A stretch of 64,000 nucleotides of DNA from Flavobacteriales bacterium (lineage in GTDB: Bacteria > Bacteroidota > Bacteroidia > M30B66), in assembly GCA_040403315.1 (NCBI GenBank), contig JBBAKX010000003.1, positions 29,627 to 93,626 of the forward strand. The letters run 5' to 3'. The notes beneath the pieces were generated by a model. The model was not told the DNA's origin, did not search any database, and was given only the letters and a program-made list of their open reading frames with translations. Position numbers and translations under genes: made by a program. Positions 19,016 to 28,400 of this stretch are shown one piece after another. How positions within the stretch are numbered: the stretch's first letter is position 1; each line of letters begins with the position of its first letter.

Positions 19016-20056
19016 ATGTTGATTGTAGACAAACTTGGTATCGTGCTAGGTAAAACCTTAAATAGTTTTGAATGTGACGGCGTTTTAAACCCTGCGGTAA
19101 TAAAAGTGAATGATAAAATCCATATGTTTTATAGAGCTTTGGCAAAAGACAACTATTCTACAATAGGCTATTGTGTCTTGTCTTCCCCTATGGTCGTGGA
19201 AAGCAGAAATGAAATGCCATTACTTGTTCCACAAGCCGATTATGAGTATCAAGGTTTAGAAGATCCTAGAATTGTTCAAATTGATGGCCTTTATTATATG
19301 TCTTACACTGCATACAATGGTGTTAATGCATTGGGCGCTTTAGCTACCTCTACAGATTTAATGAAATGGAAAAAACACGGCATTATTGTTCCTCAAATTA
19401 CATATGATGAATTTAAACACTTTACCGAATCTAGTGGAGTAGTTCGCGAAAAATATAAACGATTCAATGCCCATCTATCTAGCCACGAAAAGCATGATCG
19501 TACAACTTTTATGTGGGATAAAAATCTTGTCTTTTTTCCTCGCAGAATTGATGGAAAACTCTTTTTTTTTCATAGAATAAAGCCAGATGTTCAAATTGTT
19601 GTTTCAATTAACTCGTTGGATGACTTAAACGTTGAATTTTGGCAAAGCTATTTCTTGAAATTTGATGATTACATAGTTCTATCTCCTAAATTTCAGCATG
19701 AAGTAAGCTATATCGGATGTGGATGTCCGCCAATTGAAACAGAGGCTGGCTGGCTTTTAATTTATCACGGCGTACATGATACAGTAAGAGGATATGTATA
19801 TACTGCTTGTGCAGCGTTGTTGGATTTAGATACACCTCAAAAAGAAATTGCACGACTACCTTACCCATTGTTTTTTCCCGAAAAAGAATGGGAGCTAAAA
19901 GGCGAAGTGAACAATGTTTGTTTCCCTACTGGTGCTATTCTTGAGGGAGATACTCTTTATATATATTATGGTGCAGCCGACGAAAGAATCGCAGTTGCGT
20001 CTTTAAAATTAAGTGAGTTATTGGCTGAATTGGCTTTAAATAAAATTAATAAATAA
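19016..20056 (+). CDS. GH130 / DUF377-family glycosidase or glycoside phosphorylase (beta-propeller fold)
   Basis: FECDGVLNPAVIK...HMFYRA...EDPRIVQIDGLYYMSYTAYNG...GWLLIYHGV...DTLYIYYGAADERIAVAS is the repeated pattern of GH130 mannoside phosphorylases and related DUF377 proteins. Confidence 0.7.
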   Translation: MLIVDKLGIVLGKTLNSFECDGVLNPAVIKVNDKIHMFYRALAKDNYSTIGYCVLSSPMVVESRNEMPLLVPQADYEYQGLEDPRIVQIDGLYYMSYTAYNGVNALGALATSTDLMKWKKHGIIVPQITYDEFKHFTESSGVVREKYKRFNAHLSSHEKHDRTTFMWDKNLVFFPRRIDGKLFFFHRIKPDVQIVVSINSLDDLNVEFWQSYFLKFDDYIVLSPKFQHEVSYIGCGCPPIETEAGWLLIYHGVHDTVRGYVYTACAALLDLDTPQKEIARLPYPLFFPEKEWELKGEVNNVCFPTGAILEGDTLYIYYGAADERIAVASLKLSELLAELALNKINK

Positions 20057-20059
20057 AAG

Positions 20060-22432
20060 ATGAGAACCGATATCGTATTGCATACGCCCAAAACAGAATT
20101 TTTAAGTCGCCCGCAAGTTTCTGTACAACTTTCAGTAAATCAAATGGATTCAATAGACGACGCGATTCTTCTTCCAGAAATACTCTTTGTTACATCATTT
20201 CCTTTTAGAGAATGTGGCATTGCAACATTTTCTCAAGATTTAATAGCTGCTTTACAAGATCAGTTTGAGCAATCTTTTAATTGTTCTATTTGTGCATTAG
20301 AATCTGATGCCGAGCAGCATGTTTACCCGATGCAGCCTCGCTTTATCTTAAATACCAGTCAACGAAATGCATTTGTAAAAACCGCATTTTTAATAAATCA
20401 TAGCGATAACATAGATTTAGTCGTAATTCAGCATGAATTTGGATTTTTTGCTGATAAAGAGCCTGATTTTAAGTTGTTTTTTGAAAGTATCCTGAAACCA
20501 GTAGTTTTTGTTTTTCACACTGTGCTTCCATCTCCTAGCAAGGAATTGCTTGATAAAATTCAAGATTTGGCTGCAATTTCTGCATCAATAGTTGTAATGA
20601 CAAATGATGCGGCAAAAATTCTTATCGATGATTACAATATTGCAGCTTATAAAATATCTGTAATTCCACATGGCACTCACTTAGTGCTGCCTTTAAATAA
20701 AAATACCTTAAAGAAAAAATATAATCTTACAGGTTTTAAAGTACTTTCAACTTTCGGTCTTTTAGGTAGTAGCAAGAGTATTGAAACCACTTTAATGGCT
20801 CTTCCAGAAATTCTTCTTCACCATCCTGATGTCTTGTTTTTGGTACTTGGGAAAACTCATCCTTCGATTGTAAAGAAAGATGGCGAAAAATATAGACATT
20901 ATTTAGAATCCTTGGTGTTTGAGTTAAAACTAGAGAACAATGTTAAGTTCGTGAACGAATACCTCTCATTACCTAATCTTTTGGAATATCTTCAATTAAC
21001 CGATATTTATTTGTTCACCTCTAAAGATCCTAACCAAGCTGTTAGTGGTACTTTTTCTTATGCAATTAGCAGTGGTTGCCCAGTAATATCAACTCCAATT
21101 CCTCATGCCAAAGAAGTTTTTCGAGATGGAGGAGGCGTAATAATAGGCTTTGAAGATAGCTTGCATCTCGCTGATGAAGCAATTGCTCTTCTCGATGACG
21201 AAGAACGTAGAATGGATATTTCATCAAATAGTTTCCATAAAATGGCATCCACAGTGTGGCAAAATTCAGCTATTTCTTATGGATTGTTGTTTGATAAATT
21301 AATTACTTCTGATTTTCATTTGAATTTTCGCATTCCAGTTTTTAATCTAAATCATATTCGCAGAATGACCACTGAATTAGGTATGATTCAATTCGCGAAA
21401 CTCTCGATCCCTGATTACAACTCTGGTTTTACTTTAGATGACAATGCAAGAGCGCTTATATCTATTGCACAGCATTATGAACTTTTTCATAGTGATAGTG
21501 ATTTAGAACTTATCAAAACATATTTGAATTTTATCGCTAGGTGCATGCAACCCAATGGTATATTTTTAAATTATGTTGATACCAACAAAGAATTTACTCA
21601 ACAAAACTACTCAGAGAACCTTGAAGATAGCAATGGTAGAGCCATTTGGGCATTAGGATACTTACATTCTCTTAAAAAAATTTTGCCAGATTCGCTACTT
21701 AATTTTTCCTTTGATTTAGTAAATAAAGCGTTGCCTCAATTACTGAAAATTCACTCTACTCGGGCGATGGCATTTATAATTAAGGGTTTACATTATATAG
21801 ATAATGAAGATTGTCAAATTGTATTAGAAGCACTTGCCAAACGGATGGCACTAATGTATAAACATGAAAAGAACAACCAATGGTTTTGGTTCGAACGTTA
21901 TATGACATATGCCAATGGACTTCTCCCCGAGGCTATGCTATGCGCTTACACAGCTACTTATGATGAAGAATATAGAATTATAGCATTAGAAAGTTTCGAT
22001 TTTTTATTGTCTATAATTTTGTCGGAGGATAAGATTAAGGTTATCTCTAATAAGGGATGGTTAATGAAAGATTCATTTAACCATTTGCAAATAGGTGGTG
22101 AGCAACCAATTGATGTAGCTTATACTATTTTAGCTCTTGAAAGATTCTACACTGTGTTTAAGAAGGATATTTACAAACAAAAGCTGAAAATTGCTTTTAA
22201 CTGGTTTTTAGGAGCTAATCATTTAAATCAAATAGTTTATAACCCTAGAACTGGTGGCTGTTATGATGGTTTAGAAGAAACGCACGTTAATCTTAATCAA
22301 GGTGCTGAATCTTCAATTAGTTATTTATTGTCTCGTTTAGCAATGAGTAGAATTTTAGAATCTGATAAAGGCAATTACATCTATGCAATTCCATCAACTG
22401 TTTTGATAATGGATGACACAGATATTTCTTGA
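20060..22432 (+). CDS. Two-domain protein: N-terminal GT4-family glycosyltransferase (about 400 aa) fused to a C-terminal (alpha/alpha)6-barrel glycoside-hydrolase-like domain (about 380 aa)
   Basis: N-terminal domain: ILFVTSFPFRECGIATFSQDL (GT4 N-terminal signature), then the GT1 core (STFGLLGSSKSIE...YLFTSKDPNQAVSGTFSYAISSGCPVISTPIPHAKE). C-terminal domain: DDNARALI, NGRAIWALGYL, WFERYMTYANGLLPEAM, LNQGAESSISYL, which resemble six-hairpin glycosidase/GDE-like folds. The fusion itself is directly visible as one uninterrupted ORF. Confidence 0.6.
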   Translation: MRTDIVLHTPKTEFLSRPQVSVQLSVNQMDSIDDAILLPEILFVTSFPFRECGIATFSQDLIAALQDQFEQSFNCSICALESDAEQHVYPMQPRFILNTSQRNAFVKTAFLINHSDNIDLVVIQHEFGFFADKEPDFKLFFESILKPVVFVFHTVLPSPSKELLDKIQDLAAISASIVVMTNDAAKILIDDYNIAAYKISVIPHGTHLVLPLNKNTLKKKYNLTGFKVLSTFGLLGSSKSIETTLMALPEILLHHPDVLFLVLGKTHPSIVKKDGEKYRHYLESLVFELKLENNVKFVNEYLSLPNLLEYLQLTDIYLFTSKDPNQAVSGTFSYAISSGCPVISTPIPHAKEVFRDGGGVIIGFEDSLHLADEAIALLDDEERRMDISSNSFHKMASTVWQNSAISYGLLFDKLITSDFHLNFRIPVFNLNHIRRMTTELGMIQFAKLSIPDYNSGFTLDDNARALISIAQHYELFHSDSDLELIKTYLNFIARCMQPNGIFLNYVDTNKEFTQQNYSENLEDSNGRAIWALGYLHSLKKILPDSLLNFSFDLVNKALPQLLKIHSTRAMAFIIKGLHYIDNEDCQIVLEALAKRMALMYKHEKNNQWFWFERYMTYANGLLPEAMLCAYTATYDEEYRIIALESFDFLLSIILSEDKIKVISNKGWLMKDSFNHLQIGGEQPIDVAYTILALERFYTVFKKDIYKQKLKIAFNWFLGANHLNQIVYNPRTGGCYDGLEETHVNLNQGAESSISYLLSRLAMSRILESDKGNYIYAIPSTVLIMDDTDIS

Positions 22433-22481
22433 ATCTATAATTAAGACTCCAGTTCCTAAATCATTATTGTATTATACCTTC

Positions 22482-22511
22482 AAAATGGAAGCAATAAAAA
22501 CTGCTTTCATT
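22482..22511. terminator. Candidate bidirectional hairpin between the convergent GT4-fusion and glgB genes
   Basis: AAATGGAAGCA-ATAAAAAC-TGCTTTCATTT. One mismatch in a 10-11 bp stem. U-rich on both sides. Confidence 0.4.
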
Positions 22512-24606
22512 TTGAATTATTTGCTTTTTTATCTGTTGTTTTCGTAGTTATTGATTTCAAGTTTTGTTTCAGAGGTTTCAAAACAATAACACTTAATGGA
22601 GGCAAATTTAAAGACACTGAATACTCACGGTTATTTCTAGCAATATTAGTAGCAGAATATTTGCGTATTTCGGAGTAATTGCTACCATTATATTTGGTAT
22701 CGTCGCTATTGAATATTACATCATAATCTCCACTTTTAGGCATCCCCATTCGGTAATTTTCATGTGGAACTGGAGTTAAATTCGCAACCACAACAACAAA
22801 ATCATTTTGATCTTCTGCTTTACGTAAATAAGATATAACACAATTTTTATAATCGCTTAGGTCTATCCATTCAAAACCTTTTGCATTAAAATCTAACTCA
22901 TACAAAGCCTTTTCTTTTTTGTACAATGCGTTTAATGATTTTATCAATTCTTGAATTCCTTTGTGCGGTGCGAATTCGAGCAAATGCCAATCTACCGAAC
23001 TTTTATAATTCCATTCACCATATTGCCCAATTTCCGAGCCCATAAATAATAATTTTGTTCCTGGATGTGTAAACATGCAGCTGTATAATGCACGTAAATT
23101 CGAAAATCGATGCCATTCATCACCCGGCATTCTTTGCAGCAAAGAGCCTTTCCCATGAACCACTTCGTCATGAGAAAGTGGCAACATGAAATTTTCATTA
23201 AATGCATAATACAATGAAAAGGTAATGTCGTTTTGATGGTGTTCGCGATAAATTGGATCAGTTCCAAAATACCGCAATGTATCATGCATCCAGCCCATCA
23301 TCCATTTCATTCCAAATCCGAGTCCGCCTAAATATACCGGACGAGAAACCATTGGCCACGAAGTTGATTCTTCTGCAATCATTTGGATTTCAGGAAAATG
23401 AGTATACATTGTTTCGTTTAATTCTTTCATAAACGAAATCGCCTCCAAATTCTCATTTCCACCGTGAATATTGGGCTCCCATTCTCCTTCTTTTCTTGAA
23501 TAATCCAAATAAAGCATCGATGCCACAGCGTCAACTCGAAGCCCATCAACATGGTAATATTCTGCCCAAAACATTGCAGAACTTATTAAAAATGCACGAA
23601 CTTCATGTCTACCGTAATTGAAAATTAACGACTTCCAATCAGGGTGGTAACCTTTCCGCGGATCTTCATGCTCATATAATCTAGTCCCGTCGAAATTCGC
23701 CAACGCAAATGTATCTTCTGGGAAATGTGAAGGCACCCAATCCATTATTACTCCAATTTCATTTTCATGAAAAATGTCAATCAAATACATCAGATCTTGC
23801 GGACTTCCGAATCTAGATGTAGGCGCGAAATAACCCGTAGTTTGATAGCCCCATGATCCTGAATAAGGATGTTCGGTAAGTGGCATAAATTCCACATGCG
23901 TGAAACCCATTTCTTTAATGTACGGAACCAATTCTTCTGCCATTTCGCGGTAACTGATGTAGGCATCTTCTGCATCTCCCGATTTTTTCCAAGAACCTGC
24001 ATGCAATTCGTAAACCGACCACGGTTGTTGCAAAGTGCCTCGTTTTTTTCGCGATGACCAACGATTGGCGTTCCAGGTATAATTCAAGTCCCAAACTATT
24101 GAAGCGCGCTTTGGCGGCAATTCGCTGAAAAATGCAAATGGGTCGAATTTTTCTAAAATGTAACCCGTTTGCGCGTTCCTAATCATGTATTTGTAAAGAC
24201 TTCCATGTGCAACGCCTGCAACAAAAGTTTCCCAAATCCCTGATCCATCTAACCTCGGTTGTAATTTGCCTTGTTCTGGATTCCAGCCATTAAAATCGCC
24301 GATTACGCTAACTGCCGCTCCATTCGGCGCCCAAACAGCAAAATAAGTTCCCTGAATTCCATTGTTTTCGCAAAGATGTGAACCTAATTTTTCATACAAT
24401 TTAAAATGCTTCCCTTGTTTGAATAAATAAATATCCATGTCAGAAAACAAACTGAAATGCGATTTAACACTGTTTAAATCAATATTATTTCCCTCCGGGG
24501 AAGGGGCCGATTCGATTGTTCTAGCCTTAGGTTTTAAAGCCTTTTTTTCGATTGGATCGGCTTCTTTTTTTGCCTTAGTTTTCTTGGATATTTTTTTTTC
24601 AATCAT
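22507..24606 (-). CDS. glgB: 1,4-alpha-glucan branching enzyme GlgB (GH13_9), with Lys-rich N-terminal extension
   Basis: GTYFAVWAPNGAAVSVIGDFNGWN (CBM48 region). GH13 catalytic regions GLRVDAVASMLY, EESTSWP, HDEVVHGK. About 50-aa N-terminal tail KKISKKTKAKKEADPIEKKALKPKAR. Confidence 0.9.
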   Translation of the reverse strand: MIEKKISKKTKAKKEADPIEKKALKPKARTIESAPSPEGNNIDLNSVKSHFSLFSDMDIYLFKQGKHFKLYEKLGSHLCENNGIQGTYFAVWAPNGAAVSVIGDFNGWNPEQGKLQPRLDGSGIWETFVAGVAHGSLYKYMIRNAQTGYILEKFDPFAFFSELPPKRASIVWDLNYTWNANRWSSRKKRGTLQQPWSVYELHAGSWKKSGDAEDAYISYREMAEELVPYIKEMGFTHVEFMPLTEHPYSGSWGYQTTGYFAPTSRFGSPQDLMYLIDIFHENEIGVIMDWVPSHFPEDTFALANFDGTRLYEHEDPRKGYHPDWKSLIFNYGRHEVRAFLISSAMFWAEYYHVDGLRVDAVASMLYLDYSRKEGEWEPNIHGGNENLEAISFMKELNETMYTHFPEIQMIAEESTSWPMVSRPVYLGGLGFGMKWMMGWMHDTLRYFGTDPIYREHHQNDITFSLYYAFNENFMLPLSHDEVVHGKGSLLQRMPGDEWHRFSNLRALYSCMFTHPGTKLLFMGSEIGQYGEWNYKSSVDWHLLEFAPHKGIQELIKSLNALYKKEKALYELDFNAKGFEWIDLSDYKNCVISYLRKAEDQNDFVVVVANLTPVPHENYRMGMPKSGDYDVIFNSDDTKYNGSNYSEIRKYSATNIARNNREYSVSLNLPPLSVIVLKPLKQNLKSITTKTTDKKANNSK

Positions 24607-24626
24607 AAGTTTAATGTTTACTGTAA

Positions 24627-26276
24627 TCAGGCATCCAAATAATGGCGTACAAATTTAACAAGACTTTGCAATGGAATTACTGTCCATTCTGGACGATTGT
24701 TTATTTCATACCCTAATTCATAAATTGCCTTTTTGAAAGAATACACCTGTAAAAGTGCATTGATTTTATCTTCATCTGGTAAAATATTACTTCCTGATGT
24801 TGTTTTGATGTATTCGCCTAGATAATAGCGACTTACATAATGATACCAGACATCAACTACCGCCATAAGTTTGTCTGTTAAATGCGGTTTATCAGCAAAT
24901 TCAGTAAATATTACAGAGTAAGCTGCATATCGAAATGATCTCATCATTCCAGCAACATCTTTTAGTGGTGGATATTTTAATCTCCTTTCATGGTGAGGCT
25001 TGTCGGGTTCTCCTTCAAAATCCAAAATAAAAAAATCATCCCCACTCATCAACACTTGTCCTAAATGATAATCACCGTGAATTCGGATTCTTTCTCCTTT
25101 CATTTCTCGCTGAAGCACCAAGTTAAAGAACCTTTTTACACGCTCTTTTCCTTTGATCATTTCTACAGCATCTTCACGCAGTTTTCCACTTATCCTTTCC
25201 AAATTGGCTTCGAGCATTCCAAATCTAGAATCAACAAGGTATTCGATGTCTTTTAGTAATTTATTTTGAAATGCTTCATCAATAGGTTCAGGATCAAAAT
25301 CAGAATGTCCTTGAGATTGGCTAAGTGCAAGATGCATTTCTGCAGTTCTTTTCCCCAAAAGGGATGCTTTTTTAAATACCGATTCACCCATCAACATTCT
25401 TAATTCTGAAGGTGTCTGTTCAAGGCCCAGCGACAGAGTATGAGGTTTAATTGGCAAAGGTTTTAAGTGGTAATCAATCTGAATTGCTCTTTCCAGAAAG
25501 TGCTTCACTTCTTGAGTGAAATATTTCCATGCATCACCATTATTCACAACCAATTCCTGTAACATCATTACTAACATTGGCCCCTTTTCAGGATGAATCA
25601 CCGAAATACTTCCAGCCAATTTTGGCAATTGATGAAAAGTGTTTTGTGCAGTCAACCGACTCACCATTTCATAGTCTGGATTGGTCATATATTCCACTTT
25701 TCTGAAAAGTTTCAGGAAGTACTTGTTGCCATAAATTATTGCCGAATTACTTTGGTCTGAATTTAAAACGGATGAAACTCCGAAATCTCCTGCTGAATCT
25801 TTTAATGATAGACCTTTATCTGCCGAAAGTGTGTAATGTTCACCTTTAATTTCGGTCGATTTTGATATCAAATTGGGCAATGTATTTCGAAAATCTTCGT
25901 CATATATAGCGTCAATAATATAGCCTGAATTAACTGAATTTTCAAGCCTACATAAAATGGAAATCGACGGCGAATGAAGTTGGTTTTCATTTACAAATGC
26001 CAGTGGGAGTGTGTAAATTTCTGTTGGCCCATCTGGATATCTTACTTTTAAAAGTAGGAAATGCACAAAATTCTTACCTGTTTGTACAGGAATATTTTGG
26101 TAAATTTTAATGGCACTGATCATCCTCGCCTTCCCTCCAAACCACCTGCATTTTCTGAGGTATGATGGTAGTAGCTGATTTTCTATTTGATGCACGTAAC
26201 GATCGTTCTGAAATAAATCATTCCATTCGCAATTCAATGTAGGTTGAATGGTGTCTTTAATCCTTGTATCCAGCAT
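24627..26276 (-). CDS. mak: Maltokinase (Mak/Pep2-like aminoglycoside-phosphotransferase-fold kinase) with N-terminal cap domain
   Basis: APH-type kinase motifs: IHGDYHLGQVL (HGD catalytic loop) and ILDFEGEP (DFG-like). Sits between glgE and glgB as in the GlgE pathway. I chose the ATG at 26274-26276 (MLDTRIK) as start. The ORF-track start 26327 would overlap the glgE 3-prime end by 40 nt. Confidence 0.6.
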   Translation of the reverse strand: MLDTRIKDTIQPTLNCEWNDLFQNDRYVHQIENQLLPSYLRKCRWFGGKARMISAIKIYQNIPVQTGKNFVHFLLLKVRYPDGPTEIYTLPLAFVNENQLHSPSISILCRLENSVNSGYIIDAIYDEDFRNTLPNLISKSTEIKGEHYTLSADKGLSLKDSAGDFGVSSVLNSDQSNSAIIYGNKYFLKLFRKVEYMTNPDYEMVSRLTAQNTFHQLPKLAGSISVIHPEKGPMLVMMLQELVVNNGDAWKYFTQEVKHFLERAIQIDYHLKPLPIKPHTLSLGLEQTPSELRMLMGESVFKKASLLGKRTAEMHLALSQSQGHSDFDPEPIDEAFQNKLLKDIEYLVDSRFGMLEANLERISGKLREDAVEMIKGKERVKRFFNLVLQREMKGERIRIHGDYHLGQVLMSGDDFFILDFEGEPDKPHHERRLKYPPLKDVAGMMRSFRYAAYSVIFTEFADKPHLTDKLMAVVDVWYHYVSRYYLGEYIKTTSGSNILPDEDKINALLQVYSFKKAIYELGYEINNRPEWTVIPLQSLVKFVRHYLDA

Positions 26277-26287
26277 AATTATTCGGA

Positions 26288-28246
26288 TTAAGAGATTGTG
26301 TTGATAGTTAATTTGAAAATGTGACAAGGCACCAGATCCGGTAAAAGTTCAACATAATTCCATTGTTTATTCCAATAATAATTAGAATTGTCCATCAAGT
26401 CTGTTAAATCTATCATTTCACCTTCAATTACTTGCATTTCTTTTAGTGGAAGTTTTACCCATCCACTTTGTTTGTTTGTCGGATCCATATTTATAATCAC
26501 TAGTATTTTGTTGCTCCCATCATCAGTCGACTTATAGAACGCCAATAACATGTCATTATCGGTTTCACAGAACTGAATGTTGAATGTACTGTGAAATGCC
26601 GAATTGTGATTACGTATAGAATTTATTTTTCCTATTAAATTGTGAATTGGAGATTCTAATCGCCAATCCCAATGGCGGACTTCATATTTTTCCGAATTGA
26701 AATATTCTTCCTTGCCTGCAACTGGTTCATTTACACAGTATTCATGAACAGGGCCGTACATACCATAATTGGATGATAGTGTAGCTGCCAAAACATACCG
26801 CATAGCCGCATGATTGGAGCTTGTGTTTTGCAAATATTCTGGCAGAATGTCGGGGGTATTTGGCCAAAAATTCGCTCTGAAATACTCCCGAAGTTCAGTT
26901 TGTGTTAATTGATTTAGATATTCTATTAATTCAGATTTGTCTTTTCGCCATGTAAAGTAGCTATATGATTGATGAAAACCAATTTTTGCCAATCGAGCCA
27001 TGATTTTTGGACGCGTAAAGGCTTCACTAAGAAACAAAACATCCGGATGATCGCGTCGCATTTCTGCCATAATCCATTCCCAAAAAACAAATGGTTTGGT
27101 ATGGGGATTATCAACTCTAAATATTCGAATTCCCTTTTCAATCCAAAATTTAATTACATATTTGAGCGCATTCCAAAGATTTTCCCAATCGTCGGTTTCA
27201 AAATGAATCGGTAAAACATCTTGGTATTTTTTCGGAGGATTTTCTGCGTATTGCACCGTCCCATCTGGCCGCCATTTAAACCATGATGGATGTTCTTTCA
27301 CCCATGGATGATCTGGTGAACATTGGTATGCCAAATCCATTGCAATTTCCACATTCAACGACTGAGCATGAATTATCAGGTTCTTAAATTCTTCTAAAGT
27401 GCCTAATGTGGGATTAATTGCAGTATGTCCACCTTCTGAAGCACCTATTGCCCATGGAGAGCCAGGTTCTCCCGGAAGTGCTGTAGTAGAATTGTTTTTG
27501 CCTTTTCGGTGCGAAACACCTATTGGATGAACAGGCGGAAAATAAACAGTATCAAAACCCAATTGAGCCAATCGAGAAATTATTGGCAAACAGTCGTTGA
27601 AGGTTCCCGGTCGATTTGTATCTGGCGAGGATGACCTAGGAAAAAATTCATACCAAGAACTAAATGAGGCTTTTAAACGATCTACTTGTACTGGATATGA
27701 TGCTGAACTACTAGCAAATTGCTTTAAAGGAAAATTTTCTATGACTTTATGCATCCTTTCGCTAGCTGCTGCCTCAACAGCTACCGCGTAATTGCCTGAT
27801 TCTAGCTTTGAAAGCAAATCCATAATCGCCTCCTTTTCCGCTCTTTTATTCGCTGCAGCTATTTCTTTTAAGAGTTCAGCACCAATGCGCAAGTCTAATG
27901 TAAGTTCATCTCCTGCTGCTAATTTCTTTTGAAAGCCTTTATACCAAGTCATCGCATGGTCGACCCATGCTATTACTGCATATTCGTAAGGAACTGTTTC
28001 TTCCACCCGAAATTCACCTTTCCAAATATCATTTTCAGTAATAAGAATTTGATTTTCAGACCACTTCTTGGTTCCCAGTTTTCTGTAAATCAATCTTGCT
28101 GAAATTATGTCATGCCCATCAGCAATTAGGTCTGCAGTAACGCATATAACCTCTCCAACTATCCTTTTAATTGGAAATTTCCCGCCTTCTACCTGTGGTG
28201 AAATATTTTCAATGACTACTCTCGCGCGTGCTTCGTATTTTTTCAT
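26288..28246 (-). CDS. glgE: Alpha-1,4-glucan:maltose-1-phosphate maltosyltransferase GlgE (GH13_3)
   Basis: N-terminus RARVVIENISPQVEGGKFPIKRIVGEVICVTADLIADGHD matches the GlgE domain-N signature (V.IE.VSP.VD.G.FP.KRVVGE...DGHD). GH13 catalytic core FRVDNPHTKP. Adjacent to mak and glgB. Confidence 0.85.
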   Translation of the reverse strand: MKKYEARARVVIENISPQVEGGKFPIKRIVGEVICVTADLIADGHDIISARLIYRKLGTKKWSENQILITENDIWKGEFRVEETVPYEYAVIAWVDHAMTWYKGFQKKLAAGDELTLDLRIGAELLKEIAAANKRAEKEAIMDLLSKLESGNYAVAVEAAASERMHKVIENFPLKQFASSSASYPVQVDRLKASFSSWYEFFPRSSSPDTNRPGTFNDCLPIISRLAQLGFDTVYFPPVHPIGVSHRKGKNNSTTALPGEPGSPWAIGASEGGHTAINPTLGTLEEFKNLIIHAQSLNVEIAMDLAYQCSPDHPWVKEHPSWFKWRPDGTVQYAENPPKKYQDVLPIHFETDDWENLWNALKYVIKFWIEKGIRIFRVDNPHTKPFVFWEWIMAEMRRDHPDVLFLSEAFTRPKIMARLAKIGFHQSYSYFTWRKDKSELIEYLNQLTQTELREYFRANFWPNTPDILPEYLQNTSSNHAAMRYVLAATLSSNYGMYGPVHEYCVNEPVAGKEEYFNSEKYEVRHWDWRLESPIHNLIGKINSIRNHNSAFHSTFNIQFCETDNDMLLAFYKSTDDGSNKILVIINMDPTNKQSGWVKLPLKEMQVIEGEMIDLTDLMDNSNYYWNKQWNYVELLPDLVPCHIFKLTINTIS

Positions 28247-28400
28247 AAGCTATTTGATGAATACCTAACGATGATACGCAATATAAGAATGTCAACAAGA
28301 CACTAAGTAAAAAAGTGAAATTTCTTAAGTTGTTCTTTATGAGATAAATAGGGATAAATCTCTGTTTTAATCTGTTGAGATGTACATACTGTAGCATGAT

